From an uncultured bacterium (GTDB taxonomy: Bacteria; Joyebacterota; Joyebacteria; Joyebacterales; Joyebacteraceae), in contig CAZRAD010000002.1 of the NCBI GenBank assembly GCA_964597945.1, positions 1 through 51,778 on the forward strand: a stretch of 51,778 nt of DNA, read 5' to 3'. A program made the translations under genes and the position numbers. The notes under the pieces are model-generated. The model was not told the origin of the DNA and made no database searches. It saw only the letters and a program-made list of their open reading frames with translations. Shown here piece after piece: positions 7,901 through 15,900 of the stretch; within the stretch, counting starts at the first letter, position 1; each line of letters begins with the position of its first letter.

Positions 7901-8161
7901 GGCCAAGAAGCGGGGTTGCATCGCGCCGTGAGGTGCGAGCGTGCCCGCTCTTGTGCTTCGGGAATATACGCGCCGGTCTCGCTGTCGTCAAGAGCCGTGT
8001 GCGACCCGCCGGAGCGGCGGGGGGAGGAGCGATGTAGAGCTGAGCACTGCGGGAGGTGTGAGGCGGGCGGAGCCGCGCGGGAGTGGCCCTGGCCGCATCG
8101 ATTTCGAATCGGCGGATGCCGTACGACTCCGCTGAGACATCATGAATCGGAGGAGAGAGCA

Positions 8162-11100
8162 ATGAGATCACGGACACTGTGTCTTCTGGTAGTCGCTGTC
8201 GCTTGTGTTGTGATTCCGAGCGTGGCGTCCGCCTATCTTCACACGCTGCCTGACATGGGCGGCGAAGGTGCCGCCGTGAAGGCGCCGGCACGTGGTTGGC
8301 CCGGGGGCGACTTCTTTCCGAATCACGACCCCGACTACATCATCGTCAATCTGTCCAACAACGCCTACACGGACTACACCGCGGGAGACACCCCTGTCTT
8401 CCCCGATGGATACTACCTGATGTATCCGTGCTTCAACGCGGACGGGACACGCCTTGCAGTGGTGGCGCGGACGAAGATCGACGGTGTGGGCGACCCATAC
8501 GAGATTTGGGTTTGCGACTACGACGCGAGCACGCACACGATCTCGAATCCGGTGCAGCTTACATCGACTGGAGGGACAGGAGACGTCGACTCGAACATCA
8601 TGTGCAGCTGGTCGCGTACCGACTCCGATCTCCTCCTGTTCCTTGAAGCACACGTAACGCAGGCGAATCTTCTGAAGACGTACGATTTCTCAACATCGAC
8701 ATTCGCAACGCTCTATGATCCTGCGCTCGACACCAACGGATACGATGCTACGAACCCGGGATTCTATGCGCAGGACGATACCAAGATTATCGTAGGAACG
8801 GGCTACGGTACAGGGAACGACAGAATCATCCTGTTTGATGGGACCTATCCTTCCACGACGATCAGCTCCGCCGACCAGAACCTCGATCCTTCGTCGAGCT
8901 ACGACGGTACAAGAGTGAGCTACTACTCCACGAACTCGGCGTATCCGTACCCGGCCGGCAGCATCTACTCGGCGTACTCAGGCGGCGTGTGGACAGAGAA
9001 TGTCAACGGCTGGGGGGATCCGTCGACGGGCAATGTTCCTGGACTTTGGGCTTACTACTCCGGCGAGTCAGACGATCAGATCCTGTCGCTCAGGTCAGAT
9101 CTCGGCTGGACGGCGGGGTCGCTCTCCCTGTACGCGTCTGACGGCACGCTGCTGTCCGATCTCACGGGTGACGCGGGTACCGACTTCCAGTGGATCTACG
9201 CGAACCACGGATGGAAGGGACCGGGAGGCGAGATTGTCTTCCGTGCCGAGGAATACACGCACACCGGTTACGGGAACAACCTGTTCCTCGCTCTCCCGCA
9301 TCCGAGTACGGTCTGGGTCGATGATGATTGGACAGGACCCGACAACTGCGGCGGGCACTCTTGGGGCTACGATGCGTATGCGACCATCCAGGACGGCATC
9401 GATGCCGTCAGTGGCAGCACGGTGAATGTGGCCGCAGGGACGTACCCGGAGCAGCTTGTCATCAACAAGTCTCTCAGCTTGATCGGCGCCGGCGCGACGG
9501 CGACGCTCATTGAGCCCGGAGCTTACCCTGTCATCAATGTGACTGCCAACGATGTGACGATTTCGGACCTGGCCATTGCCGATCCGTCCGAGGTGGCAGA
9601 GGGTATCCAGGTCAATTCGACTGCCAATCTGACCCTGACCCGCGTGGACTTCCCGAATATCGGCGCCGGTGCTGGTCCCAACAGCTACGGTGTGCATCTG
9701 CTCGCGGATTTCACCGGTCTGACGGTCACGGACTGTGAGTTCGCAGGCTCGGCCGCGTCCTCTGGCGTGTCCACGCGCAATATCGGCATCTTCACGCCAA
9801 ACAGTCTTGCGCTGGGCGATTTCTCGATCTCCGGGTGCACGTTCGACGAAATGTGGACGAGCATCTACCTCCGCTCGGGCATTGACGGCCTCGAGGTGAC
9901 AGGATGCACGTTCCTGCCTATCGACCCGGAAGATTGCACTGCGTGTGTCGCCGGCATCTACATCGGCGACGGCGACGATGACGATTTCGACCTGCGCAAC
10001 ATCTCCGTGACCGGCAACACGTTCACGGAATATGGGCGCGGTGTGTACGTCTGGAACTACGGTGCCAACTCGACCGTGGAGGACTTCGTCATCAGTGGCA
10101 ACACGTTCGCGAACACCGGTTGGAGCTCCGCGATCCGGTTCATCTTCGGGTTGAACGGCATGGAGGACTACTCCATAGATGGCCTCGACATCAACAACAA
10201 CACCTTCACGCAGGACTCCGATTGCGGAGGCAATGTTGCGCTGATCGACCTGCGCACGTACGACGCCACGCTGTTGACGTGCGACGTCTCCGTGACCGAC
10301 AACGTGATGACGTTCACCGGCGCCCCCTATGCCGACGCGATGTACGGCGTCCAGTTCTTCCTCGGCGGTGACGGCTTCTACAACACCACCGTGGCCCGCA
10401 ACGGCATCGATGGCGGGAGCACGGGCGGCGCGGGTACGGTGCCGGCGTCCGGCATCAGGGTCTATCACTATGCCGACGCTGGCACGTGGCCCCATACCCT
10501 GGATCTCGACATTGTCAACAACGTGATCACGGGCTTCGACCACGGCTTGAGTGTGTACGACGCGGTCGATGGGGCGTACGGCGGTCTTCCGGCCGGTACC
10601 GACGTGGCTATCAGCGGCAGCAGCATTGTCGGTGACGTCTATGCCATCAGGAACGACGACGGAGTCGGTATCGACGCCGAAGGCAACTGGTGGGGCGATG
10701 CGACGGGTCCGTACCACTCGACGAACTCGGGTGGCCTCGGCAGCGAGGTCTCGGACTACGTCGACTTCGACCCCTGGATCGGCAAGGCCGGCAGCGAGAA
10801 CATCGTCTGCGATCCCGACCCGCTGACTCTCAATATCGCCAGCGGCCCCGGGACGATCGACGTCGACTACCTGGGCGGCGGTGGCGGCATGGTCTACGGG
10901 TACTCCGTGACTGTCACCTATAACCCGGCGATCGCGACCCTGACCGGGGTCACTCAGGGAAACCTTCTCTCTGATGCCGGCGCGACCACCTTCTTCGTCT
11001 ACGGTCCTGCCGGCAGCAAGACAATCGACTGCGCGCTTCGGGGCACCGAACCCGGCGTGACCGGACCGGGCGAGCTGTTCGAGCTCGCGTTCACTGCAGC

Positions 11101-12838
11101 TGGGTCCGGTGTGAGCACGGTGAATCTCGGTCTGGTCGCGTTCCGCGACAATGCCAACAACACGCTGTACGGATTCTACGAGGACGACGGGCTCATCAAC
11201 GTCGACGTGACGGCTCCGGTCTTCACGAGCGTTGAGATCGAGAATCTCACGCTTGGTCACACCGATGAGTACGTGAAGAACGGTGACAATCTCAAGCTGT
11301 CGGCCGTAGTCGGTGATGACTACTCCTTGGTCATCGGCGATATCAAGGCCGACCTCTCGTCGCTGCTGTCGGGCGGCGGATCCGCGGTTGTGGCGGAGGA
11401 CTACACCGCGGGGGTGGCGACCTGGACCACGGCTCTCGCAGGCGTGACACTGACTGGAGACGGCCTGAAGACTGTGACGGTCACTGCGACGGACTGGCTG
11501 GGGAACGATGAGACCGGGGACGACACCATCACGGTCGACAACACGCGGCCGACGGCCATCACGGGATTCAACATGGAGCCTCGTCACGAGGGAATCGTGA
11601 TGACCTGGGACGACCCATCGGACACCGATGACAACTTCTATGGCGTGGTGGTCAGGTACAATGATTGGGACGACTATCCTGAGTACGCAACCCCCCCCCC
11701 GATTTACCCACTAGATCCGGAAACCGGGGGCGAGGGCGACCTCTACAACGACGCCGGTCTTGTGATGACCTGGGATGCCTCGAAGACGGACCGCGACATC
11801 TCGTACGCGAGCGCCTTCGTGTACGACTACGCCCTGAACTACGGTCCGGATGATCCTGGCGCTCAGGATCGCTCGACCAACTACTGGCTCGGCGATGTCG
11901 CAGCCGGTCGTGGAGTCTGGGGTTACAACGGCGAGGTCACTGCCGCCGACATCGGTAAGCTCGGCGGCAACTACGGCTCGGCGCCGCCTGTCGGCGTGCC
12001 TGGGTATTCGGAGTGCGACGTCGGTCCGACTGATGACAACACGCGCCTCGGCATTCCCGGGCCTGACAACTCCGTCGACTTCGATGATCTGATGATCTTC
12101 GCGATGAACTACGGCGTTGTCGCGCCGCGGATCGTGCCGTTCCTGGCCGAGCCGAGTGTCGGCGAGCTGGCACTGGCTCTGAACGAGGCCGGCCGCTCGA
12201 GTGATGCTGTGCTGAGGCTGGCGCTCCGTCTCGAGGGCAATGTCGGTGAGGTCAAGGGTCTCTCGACCGAACTCGAGTACGACGGTCTTGAGTTCCTCTC
12301 GGCGGGCCTGAGCGATGAAATGAACGCTCCGGTGGCCGATGTGTTCTTCTGGAGTGACGCGGCTTCCCGCAGCGCGCAGATCGATCTGGCCGTGCTTGGC
12401 ACGGACGTGACGATCGGCGGCTCGGGTGACGTTGCGGTGCTCACCTTCCAGATTACGGACGAGGCTTACACGGTCGACTTCGCGTCGGCGGTGCTCCGCG
12501 GCGCGGCCAACGACGAGCTGACGGCAGATCTCGAAGGCCTCAGCTACGATGGCGTCCCCGCGAGCTTCAAGCTTGTCCGCAATACCCCGAACCCGTTCAA
12601 CCCGGTGACAACGGTCGGTTACCACCTGCCGAGCGAGTCGCGCGTGACGATCCGCGTCTTTGACGTGACGGGTCGCGTTGTGACGACGCTGGTCGATGGC
12701 GTGGTCGAGCCCGGCCGCCACACCGTGGTGTGGAACGGAACGAACGAGTACGGCGAGTCCGTGGGCAGCGGCGTCTACTTCTGCACGATGGAGACGCCCG
12801 AGTACCGCGGTTCGCACAAGATGACACTGCTGAAGTAG
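8162..12838 (+). CDS. SP1: giant surface protein (TolB-like propeller, parallel beta-helix, cohesin-like, Ig-like, FN3-like, dockerin-like, cohesin-like, FlgD-like/T9SS-type CTD)
   Basis: Track ORF 7916-12838. ATG 8162 is preferred: GGAGGAG at 8149-8155 and signal peptide MRSRTLCLLVVAVACVVIPSVASA. PD40-like strings (FNADGTRLAVVA, SSYDGTRVSYYS). Beta-helix capped by NWWGDATGPYH. CDPDPLTL then a cohesin-like module. Dockerin-like segment at 11879-12125. CTD FKLVRNTPNPFNPVTT…SGVYFCTMET…KMTLLK. Confidence 0.85.
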   Translation: MRSRTLCLLVVAVACVVIPSVASAYLHTLPDMGGEGAAVKAPARGWPGGDFFPNHDPDYIIVNLSNNAYTDYTAGDTPVFPDGYYLMYPCFNADGTRLAVVARTKIDGVGDPYEIWVCDYDASTHTISNPVQLTSTGGTGDVDSNIMCSWSRTDSDLLLFLEAHVTQANLLKTYDFSTSTFATLYDPALDTNGYDATNPGFYAQDDTKIIVGTGYGTGNDRIILFDGTYPSTTISSADQNLDPSSSYDGTRVSYYSTNSAYPYPAGSIYSAYSGGVWTENVNGWGDPSTGNVPGLWAYYSGESDDQILSLRSDLGWTAGSLSLYASDGTLLSDLTGDAGTDFQWIYANHGWKGPGGEIVFRAEEYTHTGYGNNLFLALPHPSTVWVDDDWTGPDNCGGHSWGYDAYATIQDGIDAVSGSTVNVAAGTYPEQLVINKSLSLIGAGATATLIEPGAYPVINVTANDVTISDLAIADPSEVAEGIQVNSTANLTLTRVDFPNIGAGAGPNSYGVHLLADFTGLTVTDCEFAGSAASSGVSTRNIGIFTPNSLALGDFSISGCTFDEMWTSIYLRSGIDGLEVTGCTFLPIDPEDCTACVAGIYIGDGDDDDFDLRNISVTGNTFTEYGRGVYVWNYGANSTVEDFVISGNTFANTGWSSAIRFIFGLNGMEDYSIDGLDINNNTFTQDSDCGGNVALIDLRTYDATLLTCDVSVTDNVMTFTGAPYADAMYGVQFFLGGDGFYNTTVARNGIDGGSTGGAGTVPASGIRVYHYADAGTWPHTLDLDIVNNVITGFDHGLSVYDAVDGAYGGLPAGTDVAISGSSIVGDVYAIRNDDGVGIDAEGNWWGDATGPYHSTNSGGLGSEVSDYVDFDPWIGKAGSENIVCDPDPLTLNIASGPGTIDVDYLGGGGGMVYGYSVTVTYNPAIATLTGVTQGNLLSDAGATTFFVYGPAGSKTIDCALRGTEPGVTGPGELFELAFTAAGSGVSTVNLGLVAFRDNANNTLYGFYEDDGLINVDVTAPVFTSVEIENLTLGHTDEYVKNGDNLKLSAVVGDDYSLVIGDIKADLSSLLSGGGSAVVAEDYTAGVATWTTALAGVTLTGDGLKTVTVTATDWLGNDETGDDTITVDNTRPTAITGFNMEPRHEGIVMTWDDPSDTDDNFYGVVVRYNDWDDYPEYATPPPIYPLDPETGGEGDLYNDAGLVMTWDASKTDRDISYASAFVYDYALNYGPDDPGAQDRSTNYWLGDVAAGRGVWGYNGEVTAADIGKLGGNYGSAPPVGVPGYSECDVGPTDDNTRLGIPGPDNSVDFDDLMIFAMNYGVVAPRIVPFLAEPSVGELALALNEAGRSSDAVLRLALRLEGNVGEVKGLSTELEYDGLEFLSAGLSDEMNAPVADVFFWSDAASRSAQIDLAVLGTDVTIGGSGDVAVLTFQITDEAYTVDFASAVLRGAANDELTADLEGLSYDGVPASFKLVRNTPNPFNPVTTVGYHLPSESRVTIRVFDVTGRVVTTLVDGVVEPGRHTVVWNGTNEYGESVGSGVYFCTMETPEYRGSHKMTLLK
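11691..11700 (+). repeat. C10 homopolymer inside the SP1 coding sequence
   Basis: Ten consecutive C residues encode T-P-P-P (acc ccc ccc ccg). This is the longest homopolymer I saw in the window. Confidence 0.95.
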
Positions 12839-12851
12839 GTGGATTGAGAGG

Positions 12852-12890
12852 GGCGAGCGACCGGAGGGGTGCGGCCCTCCGGAGCTCGCC
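12852..12890 (+). terminator. GC-rich hairpin after SP1 (terminator-like)
   Basis: GGCGAGC..CCGGAGGG-GTGCGG-CCCTCCGG.GCTCGCC gives 7+8 bp. It lies 14 nt after the TAG and is followed by the T-rich stretch TGTCTGTGCTGTTGG. Confidence 0.5.
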
Positions 12891-12977
12891 TGTCTGTGCT
12901 GTTGGTGCGCTTGAGAGCGGAGGGATTCCTTTCAGCGCATGGCCCAGTAACGGCAGGCAGACGAAAGGAGTGTTGGA

Positions 12978-15900
12978 ATGAAGCACGCATTGCTTCTGTC
13001 TCTGGCACTGGCCGTCGTGCTCATAGCGACGCCGGTCATGGCCACCACGCACAGTGTGGACGCCGGCGGTGGCGGCGACTATCTGACGATTCAGACGGCG
13101 ATTAATGCGGCCTCGAGCGGTGATACGCTTGTCGTGGCAGCAGGCACGTATCGAGAGCAGCTCAAGATCGACAGCAAGGATCTCGACATCGTCGGCGCCG
13201 GGAGTGGCACGACGATCATCGAGGCTGTCGATCTTGTGGATAGAACCACATACACAGTCACCAAGTGGACGGCATCGACGGAGGACATCGATCCGTGTAT
13301 CGGAATCGTCGGTCCTGCGACTGTCAACATCTCCGACCTGACTGTCGACGGTCGTGATCTCGGCCCAAACCACTACTACGGCATCTACTTCTTCGATGCC
13401 GACGGCACGGTGGTCGACTGCGTGATCGAGGGCATCCTCTACGCGGCGAGTCCGAGTGCCTCCAGTGTGGTGTCGCTCGTTGCGACGCATAGCGAGACCG
13501 GTTCGACATCGGTCACGTTCGATGGCAACACGATCCCGGACTTTCAGAAGGGTGGCATCCTCGTCATGGGGACCAGCGCCCACTGCCAACTCCTGGGCAA
13601 CACCGTCATCGATATGCCCACAGTGGATCTCGCCGGCAACGGCATCCAGATCTCCTACGGCGCGACAGGCAGCACGTACCAGAACGTCGTCCAGGGCTCC
13701 GCTTACACTGGCGACGACTGGGCGGCGACCGGCATCCTTCTGTTCGAGAGCGGCAACATCACGATGGACGGGGACGAGGTCTTCAACTGCCAGAGTGGTG
13801 TGAACTACTCGGACTGGGGCTGGGTCTACCTTGCGCCAACCCAGGTCGTGTTCGATTTCAGCAATCTCAATCTCCACGACAACGAGTGGACGCTGGGCAC
13901 CCAGCTCAGTCGCGACGGCAGCGATATCGACATCGATATCATTGACTGCATCGTGACCGACAGCGCCGGCGACGGCATCGATCTCTTCGGCACAGGGATC
14001 GATCCGTGGGGCGGCTCGTACTACACCGGTTGGGACAACGGCAACCTGACTGCGAGAATCACGGGTTGCACGATCACCAACACGACCGGCATGGACGGCA
14101 TCTGGACCGGCGACAGCTCAGGCAATCTGACGAACACGTCGGACATCATCGTCGAGGACTGCCACTTCGAGAACAACGCATCGTCGGCTGTGAACCACGG
14201 TCTTCCCGAGACCATGGACGCGGACCTCAACTACTGGGGCGACCCCGCCGGTCCGACGACCGCCAAGGGCGGGACAATTGAGTCCACGATGCCGTCACCG
14301 TCGCCGTTCGGCGTCGAGGTTCCTCGTGGCAGCAACGTCGTTGAGAAGTATGCGACGTCTCGCGCCGGAGGAGGGGTCTACGGTGCCGTGAGCTACAGCC
14401 CGTGGTACGCGGCGCCTCCGGGAGTATCGCCGATGCCGATCGGTACCAACAGCTCGATACAGGCCGCGATCGACGTGGCGAGTCCCGGAGCCACGATCAG
14501 CGTGAGCGCCGGGAACTACACCGAACAGCTGCACATCACGAAGGACGATCTGGATATCGTCGGTGCGGGTGATGATGTTGTGACGATCACATCACCGGCG
14601 ACCCTTCCGCTGTTCTTCGGTACCAACTACCCGATCGTGTTCATTGACGGTGCCACGGGTGTCGACATCTCCGGCGTGACCGTCGATGGTGACGGTCAAG
14701 GCAATGCGAACTACAAGTTCGTCGGCGTCGCTTTCTGGAACGCCGGCGGTAGCCTCACTGACTCCCGCGTCACCGGGATCATGGACACGCCGTTCAGCGG
14801 CAGCCAGCACGGCGTCGCCGTCTACGCCAACAGCAACACAGGCGGGCCGCACACAGTCGCGCTCGACGGCGTCGAGATCGACGACTACCAGAAGAACGGC
14901 ACGGTCTTCTCGGGTGACGGTCTCACCATCGATCTCGATGGTGTCACGTGTACTGGTCAGGGTCCCACGGACGTGACCTGCCAGAATGGCATTCAGATCA
15001 GTGACGGTACCGGCGGAACACTCGACTCGTGCCTCGTGCAGGACATCACGTACACGGGGGAGTACTGGGGTGCCCGCGGTATCCTCCTTTATGACGCCTC
15101 TGTGGTGGACATGACTGACGTCACGGTCGAGCGCTGTCAGACGGGCGTCGACTTCTATTACACGGACGGTTCGTTCGTGAGTGGTGAGATCGTCCAGCCT
15201 TACGGCGACGCCATGTACATGGATGCTTACCCGCCGACGCTTCGCTCCGATGGCCGTGTACCCGCTTCTCCCGTCGATGGCGTCGAGGTCCTGGGAGGTC
15301 GCGAGACACAGACGATCACTGTGTCAGATAGCCGCTTCATCGGCGGGGGCGCCCTTGACAGCTGGGGTGTGAGCAGCTGGGTCGAGGGCGGAGACGTCGC
15401 GTCCTGCACGATGACCGGGTGCGAGGTCACCAACTGGGATCTTGGCGTGGTCGCCTACGAGGACGGCGGCACGTCGACGCTCACGGCCAACGAGTGCGTC
15501 ATCTTCGACAATCTGTCCTACGGCTACTACACGAACGCCGTGGGGGATCGCGCCGTCCAGAACGCCGAGTACAACTGGTGGGGCGATGCGACCGGCCCGT
15601 ACCACCCGACTCTCAACTCGGGCGGTCTTGGGAACGAGGTCTCCGACAACGTCGACTTCGATCCATGGCTGTTGGGTAACATCTACTGCGATCCGGACCC
15701 CGAGTACCTGACGGTAGCCGGCCCGACCAAGACCGTGGCCGTGAAGTACCTCGGCGGCGGTGGCGGCGCGGTGTTCGGTTACAACATCAGCATCAAGTGG
15801 GATAGCTCGGTCGTGAGCACGACCATTGGTGACGTTGTCGAGGGGAATCTCCTGTCCGACCTTGGCGGGACGTTCTTCTTCCCGGCGAACGGAACCGGCG

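Noticed and set aside
8090-8125. tRNA T-arm-like TTCGAAT sequence (…CGATTTCGAATCGG…)
   Set aside because: No acceptor, D or anticodon stems can be drawn around it on either strand.
7916-8161. In-frame upstream extension of SP1 (track ORF starts at 7916)
   Set aside because: The extension is Arg/Cys/Glu-rich with no secretion signal. ATG 8162 has a strong GGAGGAG RBS and starts a textbook signal peptide. The extension overlaps the structured leader.
7314-8291. 325-aa minus-strand ORF spanning the GH5-SP1 intergenic region
   Set aside because: It crosses a terminator-like hairpin and a consensus promoter, and overlaps two real gene ends. The translation is low-complexity. There is no RBS.
9095-11587. 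Very long antisense ORFs, e.g. 9095-11587 (830 aa), 16056-17909, 36465-37910, 42971-45037 and 49209-50588, all on the minus strand
   Set aside because: All lie opposite confidently recognised plus-strand genes. Their translations are Arg/Asp/Val-rich without motifs. These are stop-codon-poor shadow frames of high-GC coding sequence.
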